Of a stretch of DNA of 64,000 nucleotides, positions 10,242 through 20,291 are shown one piece after another; position 1 is the stretch's first letter, and each line of letters starts with the position of its first letter. Origin of the DNA: a virus; the IMG/VR virus record IMGVR_UViG_3300012931_000018, positions 1-64,000 of that record; one strand, written 5' to 3'. The translations under genes were made by a program, and so were the position numbers. A model generated the notes under the pieces. That model saw only the letters and a program-made list of their open reading frames with translations, ran no database searches and was not told the DNA's origin.

Positions 10242-12313
10242 AACTTTTATCAGCAAGATATGTAAATGTATTTACTTTTAAGGATACATTTTTTGATTTT
10301 CGTTTAATTAATTTTGCACTTTTTCGTGGTAGAAATGGAGTTGGTAAAAGTTATTTTTTCGATGCATTATGTTTAGCTTTATATGGTGTTACGCCGCGTA
10401 AAAAATATAAAAGTGTTTTAAGGGATACACCGAAAAGATATGCAAGTGGTTTTGTAGAAATTGAATTTGAAACTGATTGTGTTTATAAAGTAGAAAGAAA
10501 GTTTGGAAGGGGCAAGTGTCTTAATCTTTATAAAAATGGGACACTTGTTCAATTTAGATTATCATCTATGGTTCAAGAAGAAATTGAAAAGATTATTGGA
10601 ATGAATTTTAAAACATTCCTTAATGTTTGTTATTTTAGTCAAGGTGATATTGGAAAATTTTTATCAAGTGATTCTAATGATAGAATAAATATTATTTCTG
10701 ATATATTGGATTTATTATTATTTGATGATGCAAGAAAAAGTATATCAAATGATATGAGAAAATATGAAACCAGACTTAATATTTTGAGATCAAAACTAAG
10801 TGTTTATACTTCAACAATAAATTTAACAGATGTTAAGAAATTATCTAAATTAAAAAAGATGGCTCAGGTTGTATATGATTCATCTGTTAATGAAACGGCT
10901 AAAATAAGTTTTGAATTAAATAGCACTAATGAAAAAATTAAAATGCTGAATGAATTAGCTTTAAGAAAAAAGGATTATATTCATGCTAAAGAAATAAAAG
11001 AACAATCTGCTGCTGATTATAAAAGAAATATTGTATATTGGAAAAGTAAACAAGTTGATACCAAATCTTTAATTGTAAAATTGAAAGGACAAAATGCTAA
11101 ATATAAAAAGGCGGAAGAAATTTCTGAAGAAATAAAATCTATTAAAGAATCAATGCAAAAAATGCAATTACTATCTTCTAAATTGGAATCAAGAAATGAT
11201 ATTTTCTCCGAATCATTACAATCTTTAATTGAAGTAATTAAATTAAAAGGCAGTCGGTGCCCTACTTGTAAAATTATTGTTAGTGATAATAGTGTTAAAT
11301 ATATAGAATCTGAAATTGAAAGGTTAAAAACGAAAATTGCTGATAATGAGAATAAAATTGCAAGGAATGATTTTAAAATTAATGAAGGTGAAGATTTAAT
11401 ATTGGATATGAATAATGAACTAAAGAAATATGAGTCAATTAAAAAGAATATTGCTGATATTGAATTAAAAATTAAAAATGCTCATTATGCTATTTTTGAA
11501 CAAGCTAAAATTCAAAAGGAATATAATAATGAAAAAATAAAATTAGCTGATAAAGTTAATAATGCAAAGAAAGAGTATAAAAAAATTAAACAAGACCTTG
11601 AACATTATAAAGAATATGATGCTGAGAATATAGAGATACTTGAGAAAAAATGGAACGATAATCAAAATAAAATATATGAATCTGAATCAAGATTAAAATT
11701 AATCAGGTTCAAATTAAATCAGCATAATACCGCTTTGTCTAAATCTAAAAAAATTAGCGAACAAATAAATTCATTTGATGAAAAGTTTAATATAATGAGA
11801 TGGTGGTATGATAATTATCCTAAGATAAAACTTGAAATGATTAATGAAGTTATTCCATTTATAGAAGCCGAAACAAATAAATATTTATCTCAAATATTAC
11901 CAGGTAGATTTATAAAATTTTTACTTGATACAGATAAAAAGAATAATAAACTGGAACTAATAATAAAAGATTATAATACGGGTATCGAAAGAGCATTTGA
12001 AGGTTGGTCGGGTGGTCAAAGAGATCGAATGGCATTGGCAGTTTATTTAGCTTTGAATAAAATGGTTTCGCTTCGTTCTGGTAAGTCTATTAATTTTTTA
12101 ATATTGGATGAAAAATTTGTTGGTGTTGATACAATAAGCATTCCATCAATATTGGAATTATTAAAAACTGAAAATAAATATAGAAAAATTTTCGTCATTA
12201 GTCATATTGAAAAAATAGAAAGTATTTTCAAGCAAGTTGTTACAGTTACTAATAAAAATGGAGTGTCTAATTTTGAAATCACAAATAATAAATTCCAACC
12301 AGCAATCTGTTGA
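10238..12313 (+). CDS. sbcC: SbcC/Rad50-like SMC ATPase
   Basis: GRNGVGKS Walker A; SQG Q-loop; CPTC zinc hook; WSGGQ signature; LILDE; ISH. Confidence 0.93.
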   Translation: MKLLSARYVNVFTFKDTFFDFRLINFALFRGRNGVGKSYFFDALCLALYGVTPRKKYKSVLRDTPKRYASGFVEIEFETDCVYKVERKFGRGKCLNLYKNGTLVQFRLSSMVQEEIEKIIGMNFKTFLNVCYFSQGDIGKFLSSDSNDRINIISDILDLLLFDDARKSISNDMRKYETRLNILRSKLSVYTSTINLTDVKKLSKLKKMAQVVYDSSVNETAKISFELNSTNEKIKMLNELALRKKDYIHAKEIKEQSAADYKRNIVYWKSKQVDTKSLIVKLKGQNAKYKKAEEISEEIKSIKESMQKMQLLSSKLESRNDIFSESLQSLIEVIKLKGSRCPTCKIIVSDNSVKYIESEIERLKTKIADNENKIARNDFKINEGEDLILDMNNELKKYESIKKNIADIELKIKNAHYAIFEQAKIQKEYNNEKIKLADKVNNAKKEYKKIKQDLEHYKEYDAENIEILEKKWNDNQNKIYESESRLKLIRFKLNQHNTALSKSKKISEQINSFDEKFNIMRWWYDNYPKIKLEMINEVIPFIEAETNKYLSQILPGRFIKFLLDTDKKNNKLELIIKDYNTGIERAFEGWSGGQRDRMALAVYLALNKMVSLRSGKSINFLILDEKFVGVDTISIPSILELLKTENKYRKIFVISHIEKIESIFKQVVTVTNKNGVSNFEITNNKFQPAIC

Positions 12314-12773
12314 TAAGATAATAAAAGTAACAGGTGAATTTAATAGAAAGAAATTTGCGAGATTGTTGAAAGAAAAAAGAATTCAACTTGGACTCACTAA
12401 AAAAGAATTAGGTTCTTATATTAATCGGAAACAAATGCAAATTCAAAGATATGAAACTGAATCTGATTATGAAGATTTACCACAATTAAATTTGTTTGTT
12501 GATTTATGTGTTCAGCTTCAAATAAATCCTAATGATTTATTAAATGTAAATTTATCGTATGAAGATAATATTGCTAATAAGGAAAAATTAATTGATGATT
12601 ATAATATTTGTAAAGATAGGATGTATTGGAAGTGTAAAGACTGTAAAGGAAAGAATGTTGACTATGATAATTATGTTAAAATAAATAAGAAAAAATTAAT
12701 GAAGAAACAATTTGAATGTGAACACTGCTCATCGTTTTATAATGGAATTAATTTAAGTAAATTAAAATATTGA
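12258..12773 (+). CDS. XRE-family HTH protein with a C-terminal zinc ribbon (start uncertain)
   Basis: LKEKRIQLGLTKKELG...IQRYE; CKDC...CEHC. Confidence 0.75.
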   Translation: MECLILKSQIINSNQQSVDKIIKVTGEFNRKKFARLLKEKRIQLGLTKKELGSYINRKQMQIQRYETESDYEDLPQLNLFVDLCVQLQINPNDLLNVNLSYEDNIANKEKLIDDYNICKDRMYWKCKDCKGKNVDYDNYVKINKKKLMKKQFECEHCSSFYNGINLSKLKY

Positions 12774-12782
12774 GGGAATAAA

Positions 12783-13448
12783 ATGGCAAAAATAATTCTT
12801 GGAATTGATGCAGGCTTTTCTAATATGGGGATAACAGCTATGCTGTTAAGTAAAGGAAAATTGAAATTAATTAATGCTGCTGTACTTACCACGGAAAAAG
12901 ACGAAAGAAAGAAAAGTATTAGAGTTGCTGATGATGATATTGAAAGATTAAAAAAATTGACTAATGATTTGACAGATTTTATTTCCGAAACACAATCGAT
13001 TCTTTATAATAAATTTGAATCTATGCATTTTAGATATTTTGCTGCCGTTGAATTCCCAACAGGCGGTGCACAAGGTTCACGAGCAAATAGATGTATGGGT
13101 ATGGCAACAGGTCATCTTGTTCCTTATTTAATGCTAAAAAATATTACATTTGAAATTATAACACCATCACAAGTAAAATCTATTGTTAAAAATAAAAAGA
13201 CGGTTTCTAAAGATGATGTTATTAAAGAAGTATTAAAATATGTAGATAAAGAAAATATTTGTAAAATAAATTTATCATCAGATGGAAGAAAAAAAATAGT
13301 TATAATATCAACTCCATTATATAACGATATTATAATCCAATATTCTTTATTTGAACATGTAGCTGATTCATTATCAGCTGTAAGATATTCAAAAAATAAT
13401 TCACCGTATTATAATTTATTAGCAACCGGAGTACAAAATGTCCAGTAA
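12783..13448 (+). CDS. ruvC: RuvC-like Holliday junction resolvase
   Basis: ILGIDAGFSNMG; AVE; ITPSQVK; HVADS. Confidence 0.85.
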   Translation: MAKIILGIDAGFSNMGITAMLLSKGKLKLINAAVLTTEKDERKKSIRVADDDIERLKKLTNDLTDFISETQSILYNKFESMHFRYFAAVEFPTGGAQGSRANRCMGMATGHLVPYLMLKNITFEIITPSQVKSIVKNKKTVSKDDVIKEVLKYVDKENICKINLSSDGRKKIVIISTPLYNDIIIQYSLFEHVADSLSAVRYSKNNSPYYNLLATGVQNVQ

Positions 13449-13653
13449 AAATAAAAAATATAAGAGTTTGAAATATATAATGATTGTTATTAAGGATGAT
13501 TCAGGAAATGTTAAGACGATTAAATATGAATTTAAGAAAATGATAAAAAAGGATGATGTTTTGCTTGTTGATATAAATGGGGATTCAAATGCTGAATTGA
13601 ATACATTTAATAAAGAAGAATTGCCTGATAATATTAATGAATTATTAAATTGA
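13438..13653 (+). CDS. hypothetical protein
   Basis: GGAG SD; coupled to ruvC. Confidence 0.65.
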   Translation: MSSKNKKYKSLKYIMIVIKDDSGNVKTIKYEFKKMIKKDDVLLVDINGDSNAELNTFNKEELPDNINELLN

Positions 13654-13664
13654 GAGGTAACTAA

Positions 13665-14030
13665 ATGACACATTTTATGGATGATAGAGCGCCATTGGAA
13701 TTAACAAAAGTTTCTACAAAACAAAAAATTATAGTATGCCCTAAATGTAAGATAGGTAGATATGTTTCTGTGCAATGTATAAGTATTATTTGTGTTTGTG
13801 GAAATTATTTTAGGCAAGAAGAATCATTGAAACCGGAACAAGCTGAGCAAATGCTAAGTGGTAATAGAACAGCACTTGATAAAAGTTATATGGACTTTCG
13901 AGCAAGTATGGAAAAGAAAGCATATGATTATAAAGAAAATGTTATGGATAAGAAGAAAAAAGGTATTAATAAAACACATGAACCTGAGGATGTTCAAAGA
14001 TTAAGAGATAATGGGTTTGTGAAAGATTAA
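13665..14030 (+). CDS. zinc-ribbon protein
   Basis: CPKC...CVCG; GAGGT SD. Confidence 0.7.
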   Translation: MTHFMDDRAPLELTKVSTKQKIIVCPKCKIGRYVSVQCISIICVCGNYFRQEESLKPEQAEQMLSGNRTALDKSYMDFRASMEKKAYDYKENVMDKKKKGINKTHEPEDVQRLRDNGFVKD

Positions 14031-14117
14031 AAATATTTTATTCCCTAAAAGGTTTATAGTGTTTTGAATATAAATGATTGGTTATTATTTTTAATGTAGA
14101 ATAAAAAAGGATTTATA

Positions 14118-14822
14118 ATGCCTAAAAGAACAGAACTTGAAAAACGTGCTATTGCTGCTTTGGAAGAAAAGTTGCCGGATAAATTTTGTAATGCCAGAAT
14201 ACCTACTAATGATGAAGGTGCAAGATATTGCAGAAATTTAGCAGGATTTAAGACAGATCACCTTGGATCAGGTAGATGTTATTTGCATGGTGGTGCTTCA
14301 GGTGGCAGACCTATTATTCATGGATTGTTTAGTAAAAAATTAACAAGTACACTTCAAGTTGAATATGATAAACTTGTTAAAGATCCAGCATTGATAGATT
14401 TATACGCAGAAATGGCATTGACTAAATTATTTGTTGGTCAATTATTATCTGCACTAAGAACTAAAATGCTTTCTGAATTTAGTGAATTGGATGAGAAAGA
14501 AATAGAAGAAATGACTGATGAAGATGTAATCAAATCAGGTAATTGGATGGTTCAATATTCTACTAAATCTGGAGCATATACCGCTTCAGCGGAATTAAAT
14601 GCTTTTATTAAAGTAGTTGATATGTCAAGAAAAATTTATAAAGATATCGTTGATACTGAAACTAAATCTATGAATACGCTTAATATAAAACAAGTCTATT
14701 CAATAATTAATCAAATAAAAAATCAAATGATGGAAACATGTGGTATGTGTCCTGTTAGAAATGAAATAGTAAATAGACTTGCCAGAACTAAAATTATGAA
14801 TCTTGATAAGCAACAAGATTAA
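14118..14822 (+). CDS. HGGxSTG-like protein, putative terminase small subunit
   Basis: C...C...GRCYLHGGASGG...HGLFSK followed by a helical domain. Confidence 0.6.
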   Translation: MPKRTELEKRAIAALEEKLPDKFCNARIPTNDEGARYCRNLAGFKTDHLGSGRCYLHGGASGGRPIIHGLFSKKLTSTLQVEYDKLVKDPALIDLYAEMALTKLFVGQLLSALRTKMLSEFSELDEKEIEEMTDEDVIKSGNWMVQYSTKSGAYTASAELNAFIKVVDMSRKIYKDIVDTETKSMNTLNIKQVYSIINQIKNQMMETCGMCPVRNEIVNRLARTKIMNLDKQQD

Positions 14823-14855
14823 TTAATCTAACTAAAAAAAATAGAGAGGTAAAAA

Positions 14856-15317
14856 ATGGGTTACAAAGCAGAACTTAAACAACATATTAAAGTTGGTGCA
14901 GAAATTGTTGCCGTTTATCAAGGGAGACCTTATACAGGCACAGTAGTAAAATATGAAAATACTGCAATACAAGATGCTGTATTAACATTGGAAGATAAGG
15001 CAGGTTTAATTCATATTATTCCTATATCAGTTGGAATGTTTCCTGCTATTACTGTTTTATTGGTAGAAAAAAATAAAACTGATGATATTGATGGTGAAAT
15101 TGATGAAGAATATGATTTAACTGATGACAAAACAGTTAATGCTGAAAAAATAGCTGAGTCTGAATTAATTAATTATAATACATTTGATGATAGTCAGTTA
15201 ATAAGAGCCGCTAAAAAGAAAAATATAGAATTATCTTTTAATGGTAAAAAACGTAAAAGAAAAGAATTAATAAAATTATTGGCTGAATATGATAAAAAAC
15301 AATTGAAGAAAAAATAA
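14856..15317 (+). CDS. hypothetical protein with a C-terminal Rho-N/HeH-like helix pair
   Basis: QLIRAAKKKNI...RKELIKLL; GAGGT SD. Confidence 0.6.
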   Translation: MGYKAELKQHIKVGAEIVAVYQGRPYTGTVVKYENTAIQDAVLTLEDKAGLIHIIPISVGMFPAITVLLVEKNKTDDIDGEIDEEYDLTDDKTVNAEKIAESELINYNTFDDSQLIRAAKKKNIELSFNGKKRKRKELIKLLAEYDKKQLKKK

Positions 15318-15335
15318 TTTATTAAATTCATTTAT

Positions 15336-15368
15336 AGTGGCGATAAATTTTTTATCGCCATTTTTTAT
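15336..15368 (+). terminator. intrinsic terminator
   Basis: TGGCGATAAA/TTTATCGCCA stem followed by a T6 run. Confidence 0.8.
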
Positions 15369-15379
15369 TTGAGGTGCAA

Positions 15380-16306
15380 ATGAAGGTTATTGGAAAATAT
15401 TTTAATAAGTTAGAAAAGAAATCTGGAAAATATTTAACCAAGAATCAATTATCAGATTGTTCTTTTCATGTTCATGATTATTTTTTTAATGATAGCTGTA
15501 AAATAGTAGTTGCTTTTTGTAATTCCGAAATTAAAAAATCGGTTAGGAAAAATTATTTTTTGAAAATTATAACTAAATTAAATGTTCATGTTCTTATATA
15601 TAGTAAAATAGTTCCAAGACTTTGTTCATTAAATAAGCGTGAAGTTTTTTATTTATTCGAAGTAGAAAAAAATAATAATAAATATTCAATTGTTTTGACT
15701 AAAGAATTACCTATTAAAATGAATAAGTCTTTTAATATTAAAAAAATTTCCAATTCAGGTCATCCAGGTATTGAGCAAAGTGCATTATTGGCAGCAAAAT
15801 ATTTTAATATTCATACTGGTGGATATGCACCTAAACATTTTTTAACAGCCGATGGAATAAATAATAATTTAATGATTAATTTTGGATTAACTGATTGTGA
15901 ACTTTTAAATAGAAATGATTTGATACAAAAAAATATCGAAACAAATCATGGGACTTTAATTATTTGTCCAGATAAAAAAGAGTTAAGGCATTTTAGATAT
16001 TTATTTTCAAAATTAAATAAATCATATTTCAGTTTATCTATTCAGGATATTTACATTATTTCTGAATGTGAAAAGGACAATCCTGTTTATAGGAAAATAA
16101 AATTTAATTTTGTTAAATGGTTAATTGATAATTGGATAACTGAAATAAATATCACCGGAACTAAAAATTCAACAGGGGAAATGAATAAAAGAATATTTAT
16201 GACTCTTGTAAAATTAATGAATAAAAATTTTCCAGACATAGAGAAATTGGAGAAAAAATATTTAATAGTTAAGGAATTGCTTAATGAAACTGAAAAAGCT
16301 GAATAA
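15380..16306 (+). CDS. SLOG-superfamily (YpsA / putative molybdenum-carrier-like) domain protein
   Basis: IKKISNSGHPGIEQSALLAA...TGGYAPKHF...GTLII...INITG. Confidence 0.7.
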   Translation: MKVIGKYFNKLEKKSGKYLTKNQLSDCSFHVHDYFFNDSCKIVVAFCNSEIKKSVRKNYFLKIITKLNVHVLIYSKIVPRLCSLNKREVFYLFEVEKNNNKYSIVLTKELPIKMNKSFNIKKISNSGHPGIEQSALLAAKYFNIHTGGYAPKHFLTADGINNNLMINFGLTDCELLNRNDLIQKNIETNHGTLIICPDKKELRHFRYLFSKLNKSYFSLSIQDIYIISECEKDNPVYRKIKFNFVKWLIDNWITEINITGTKNSTGEMNKRIFMTLVKLMNKNFPDIEKLEKKYLIVKELLNETEKAE

Positions 16307-17213
16307 TGAAAATATTATAATAATAGATGGTATGAATTTATTTCACCGTGTTTATTATAAGTTTTTTATGTTAACAAATAAGGATGGATATCCGAGTGGT
16401 GCTGTGTACGGATTTTTAAGTTCATTGTTGAATATTATTTCTGAATGTGATAGCAATAAACTTATTATATGTTGGGAAAGTAAAAAGAAGAATTGGAAAA
16501 AAATTGAATCTGAAAATTATAAATCTAATCGTGATGGAAGATTTACTTCAGAACAACAAGATGCATTTAAGTTATGTTTTAATGATGTAGTTGATTTTTG
16601 TAAAAAGATTGGGATATTGCAAATCAGAATTGATGGTTATGAAGCTGATGATGTTATATTTTTTATTACTAATAAAATGAAAAAAAATATTGTTGTTGTT
16701 AGCAAAGATAAAGATATGCTTCAACTTATTAATGATAAAAATAATATTACTTGTTTTAGGAATAATTCTAAAGGTGGTGGATATGATTCAATTAATGAAG
16801 ATAAAGCGAGTAATATTTTTCACAATTTGAGACCTAAACAAATAGCTTATTTTTTAGCAATAGCTGGAGATGCTGGTGATAATGTTAAAGGGGTAAAAGG
16901 AATTGGTGAAAAGAAAGCATTGAAAATTATAAATCAATATGGTAAAATAACTAAAGAAAATGTTAATAAAATTTTTAATGTTTCTGAAAAACAACAATAT
17001 ATAAGATCATTAAGACTTGTTAAATCTTCATTGATTGTTAAAAGAATTGAAAATATTAAAGAAAGTAATTTTATAGGAATAGATAAGTTTGATGAAAAAG
17101 AAGTTGATAAAATGATAAAAGTTTTCGGAATAAAAAGATTTAGCACAAGTAATTTAAGGCAATTATGTAATACTAATTTCAAAAATGAAATTAGTAGAAC
17201 TTTAATTGGGTGA
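16284..17213 (+). CDS. 5'-3' exonuclease / flap endonuclease (PolI N-terminal-like)
   Basis: IIDG; YKSNR; YEADD; SKDKDMLQL; GDAGDNVKGVKGIGEKKA. Confidence 0.93.
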   Translation: MKLKKLNNENIIIIDGMNLFHRVYYKFFMLTNKDGYPSGAVYGFLSSLLNIISECDSNKLIICWESKKKNWKKIESENYKSNRDGRFTSEQQDAFKLCFNDVVDFCKKIGILQIRIDGYEADDVIFFITNKMKKNIVVVSKDKDMLQLINDKNNITCFRNNSKGGGYDSINEDKASNIFHNLRPKQIAYFLAIAGDAGDNVKGVKGIGEKKALKIINQYGKITKENVNKIFNVSEKQQYIRSLRLVKSSLIVKRIENIKESNFIGIDKFDEKEVDKMIKVFGIKRFSTSNLRQLCNTNFKNEISRTLIG

Positions 17214-17217
17214 TAAA

Positions 17218-17526
17218 ATGGAAGATGAAATTTATAAAATAGGATGGTTTTCCGGTGGAATGCCTGTGAGTAAAAAAATAAAAAAGGCATCAGATATTCA
17301 AGTTGGTGATATTTATTATTCAAAAAATATTAGCAAAGATAAGAATTGGGGCGAAACACTAAAAAGAGATAAGTTGATAATAATAAAAATAGCAACTATA
17401 AGAGATGCTAATGGAAAATATAGAATACAATTTATTAAAATAAAGCAAGGTAAGATTTTTGAGAAAAAATATTTAATTAATGCAAATAAATTATTTTTAT
17501 TCATTAAAACAGGAAAGACTAAATAA
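17218..17526 (+). CDS. hypothetical protein
   Basis: ORF with TAATG coupling to the next gene. Confidence 0.6.
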   Translation: MEDEIYKIGWFSGGMPVSKKIKKASDIQVGDIYYSKNISKDKNWGETLKRDKLIIIKIATIRDANGKYRIQFIKIKQGKIFEKKYLINANKLFLFIKTGKTK

Positions 17527-17849
17527 TGAAAACTGTATTAAAAAATCAGCCAACTAAAATTCAAAATGATATTTTAAAATTTATCGCTGATAGAACTAAT
17601 GGTGTGAATAATACTGATCGAGTTACAAATATTGAAATATTCAAATTCTTAAAAGAGAAACCGGAATATAAAAGTATTCAAATTGGAATGGTGAATTCTA
17701 AGTTGACTAAATTTGAAATAAAGAAAATTATTTTGAAAGTTAATACTATTAATGTGAGTAATGATTTATCAAAATATAAGAACATCCCTGGCACTATTCC
17801 ACAATATTCTTATATTTTAACATCCGAAGCATATGAAACTATTTCTTAA
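17526..17849 (+). CDS. hypothetical protein, possibly winged-helix DNA-binding
   Basis: TKIQNDILKFI...YILTSEA pattern. Confidence 0.55.
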   Translation: MKTVLKNQPTKIQNDILKFIADRTNGVNNTDRVTNIEIFKFLKEKPEYKSIQIGMVNSKLTKFEIKKIILKVNTINVSNDLSKYKNIPGTIPQYSYILTSEAYETIS

Positions 17850-17924
17850 ATACCCTTCTAAATCCCCATTTTAACGAACATAGATGTGCTTTTAAGCCCA
17901 CTTAACCCCTAAATAGAGTAAAAG
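17849..17924. repeat. 76-bp dispersed intergenic repeat, copy 2
   Basis: Matches 127-202 with two T/C differences. Confidence 0.95.
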
Positions 17925-17933
17925 ACTATAAAC

Positions 17934-18323
17934 ATGAAAAATACAAAAAATAACCAATTATCAGATGAACAAATTTTAGAAATAATATCTAATGAAAAGA
18001 TTGCTGTGTATAATAATTTTCAGCTTCAAATGAAAGATAGTATATTTCAAGAAATGATATTGAAAATATGGGAAGCGTTATTTATTAGCACTAATCCAGC
18101 AGGTAAAAATAATACACTGAATTTTATCAAATCTTTTAATAGTACAGTATATGAAAATTTTGAAAAGAGTTTTGATGAAAATTATAAATTGTATTGTAGT
18201 AATAATGAATTTGCTATTAGTAAAAGTGATTATCGGGAAAATTTCTATGCAGCAATACAGAATAATGCAGATGATTTAATAAAATATTTTGATCTTGATA
18301 AAAAAATAATTATACCAACATAA
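17934..18323 (+). CDS. hypothetical protein
   Basis: 129-aa ORF. Confidence 0.65.
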   Translation: MKNTKNNQLSDEQILEIISNEKIAVYNNFQLQMKDSIFQEMILKIWEALFISTNPAGKNNTLNFIKSFNSTVYENFEKSFDENYKLYCSNNEFAISKSDYRENFYAAIQNNADDLIKYFDLDKKIIIPT

Positions 18324-18340
18324 TTAAAAGGTGGAATGAA

Positions 18341-18988
18341 ATGGATGATAGAAGATTTTTTGTATTCAGTAAAATTGATCCAGCATCTACTGATAAAGCA
18401 TATTTGATAATATTTAAGATTAAGGACAAAATAATTGATAAAAATTTTATTATTCCTTGCCATGGGTCTAAAATATCAACTGAAAGCTTTCCAGATAATT
18501 TTGAAATACAAATTTGGTTTCCTAAAAGTATAACGGAAATTAAGGATGAGAATAAAATATTATCAGTTCCAGATTGGTATGTTAAAGAACTTGATGCACG
18601 TTTAATCAAACCTTCAAATTTCAAATTTGAAATGTTGTTTATGTATTTTAAGAAATTGTGGTATTATGGAGAAACAATACCAGTTATTAAAAATAAAGAT
18701 GAAGGATTGGAAGATGGTAATTTTACATATAAAGAAGCTATTGAAAAAGAAAATGTAATTACTGATGCTGATTATAATTCAGAAGATAAACAAATTGGTA
18801 GTGTAGATGAATTATTTGTTAAGGATGCAGCAGAAGCTATTTTTAATAAAGAAGATGAAAAAATATTGGGCGGAGTTAATCTTGATTATGATTCAGAAGA
18901 TGAACAACTTGATCAATTAAATAAAGTAGGTATTACTAAAAAGAAATCAACCGATAAGCCAAGAAAAAAAGGTTGTTCAAGTTGTTGA
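18341..18988 (+). CDS. hypothetical protein ending in GCSSC
   Basis: 215-aa ORF; acidic C-terminal half; terminal CxxC. Confidence 0.7.
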   Translation: MDDRRFFVFSKIDPASTDKAYLIIFKIKDKIIDKNFIIPCHGSKISTESFPDNFEIQIWFPKSITEIKDENKILSVPDWYVKELDARLIKPSNFKFEMLFMYFKKLWYYGETIPVIKNKDEGLEDGNFTYKEAIEKENVITDADYNSEDKQIGSVDELFVKDAAEAIFNKEDEKILGGVNLDYDSEDEQLDQLNKVGITKKKSTDKPRKKGCSSC

Positions 18989-18996
18989 GGTGATAT

Positions 18997-19179
18997 ATGC
19001 CTGGAATAGTAAACAATAGTGTTATTATATTTTCAGCAATTGATAAAAATGATAATGACATTTTAGAAATAGTTGAAAATATATACGTTAAAATTCAACC
19101 AGATGGAATAAAGACAATTGTTGTTAATGATGAATATTTAACGTGTGAAATGAAAACTTGGCAGATATATGAAGAATGA
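18997..19179 (+). CDS. hypothetical protein
   Basis: GAGGTG SD. Confidence 0.6.
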   Translation: MPGIVNNSVIIFSAIDKNDNDILEIVENIYVKIQPDGIKTIVVNDEYLTCEMKTWQIYEE

Positions 19180-19348
19180 AATAATAACACCAGAAATGAT
19201 AAATAAATTAATAGAAGAAAAGAAAAAGTTAATGACTAAAAAATATCATTTCGAATTAACAGCCAATGATACAAAACGTTTATCTGAATTAAATATTCTT
19301 ATTTATATTAAAAATAAAAAAATGAAGGGGCAGCAATGTATAAATTAA
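19169..19348 (+). CDS. small hypothetical protein (59 aa, not in the ORF track)
   Basis: MKNEIITPEMINKL...QQCIN* fills the gap and overlaps both neighbours. Confidence 0.5.
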   Translation: MKNEIITPEMINKLIEEKKKLMTKKYHFELTANDTKRLSELNILIYIKNKKMKGQQCIN

Positions 19349-19716
19349 TGAATTTGTCTATTAAAAATATAATTATTTTTGAACCTACTGATTTGCTTGA
19401 TAAGGAAACTTATTTGAAATTAAACAAAGAAGAAAGAAGAGAATATATTAATAAAAGATCATCATTAACATATAATGATTTTTCTTTAAGTATTCCCCAA
19501 AGAAATGAAATACCCAATGCTGAATTAATAATATTTATAGATAATGAAAACCTTGATGAAGCAATTGTTATTAAAATAGGAATCTTGAGAAAAACTAAAA
19601 TATATGGATATCATAAAGGGAAAGATATTCTTGGTTTACAGATATTAAAATCAGAGAAAAATCTTTCTACTGCAATTGTTGCTAAATCATTAGCACTTCG
19701 TGATATTGAAAAATAA
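19336..19716 (+). CDS. hypothetical protein
   Basis: AAGGGG SD. Confidence 0.65.
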   Translation: MYKLMNLSIKNIIIFEPTDLLDKETYLKLNKEERREYINKRSSLTYNDFSLSIPQRNEIPNAELIIFIDNENLDEAIVIKIGILRKTKIYGYHKGKDILGLQILKSEKNLSTAIVAKSLALRDIEK

Positions 19717-19725
19717 TTAATAATA

Positions 19726-19736
19726 TTTGTATATTA
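19726..19736 (+). promoter_or_regulatory. candidate promoter motif TTTGTATATTA
   Basis: Second exact intergenic copy. Confidence 0.45.
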
Positions 19737-19764
19737 TAATAAGAAATTTAAGAAAGGGAATAAA

Positions 19765-20031
19765 ATGGAATTTTCATTTTATGTTTATTTAATATTAATA
19801 ATATGGATAATATTTATAGTAGTACATGCTGCTTGGATAATTAGTATTGAAAATGCTATTGAAAAAGAAAGAGAAAGAAATGCATTTATTAAATTTTCAC
19901 AATCATTAAATAAATATAGCATGGCAATGAGTTCATTAAAATTTTCAATAGGTGGAATGGTAAATAGTTTTAATTGTTTATCTAATGAAATGGAAAAGGT
20001 TCGTAAAAATTTGATATCTTTAAAGGAATAA
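19765..20031 (+). CDS. small membrane protein (N-terminal TM helix)
   Basis: Hydrophobic FYVYLILIIWIIFIVVHAAWII. Confidence 0.65.
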   Translation: MEFSFYVYLILIIWIIFIVVHAAWIISIENAIEKERERNAFIKFSQSLNKYSMAMSSLKFSIGGMVNSFNCLSNEMEKVRKNLISLKE

Positions 20032-20033
20032 AT

Positions 20034-20291
20034 ATGGCTAAATATGAAAGAAAGAAACCTGTTAGAGATTATTATTTAGAAATAGTGATTAGGAAAACAT
20101 ATAAAATAAAATCATCTACTAAACAAAAGGCACAAGGGATATTATGTGATCTTAATCATAAAGAAGATATTGCTGTTGAAAATGGAGAGATTGAAAAAAT
20201 TGAAGATTGTGTTCTTAAAAAAAGATTGTTAACATATTCTGAAAATAAATTATCTAAAGGTAAAGGAACAGGGAAAAGAAATAGTTGGTAA
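20034..20291 (+). CDS. hypothetical protein
   Basis: AAGGA SD. Confidence 0.6.
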   Translation: MAKYERKKPVRDYYLEIVIRKTYKIKSSTKQKAQGILCDLNHKEDIAVENGEIEKIEDCVLKKRLLTYSENKLSKGKGTGKRNSW

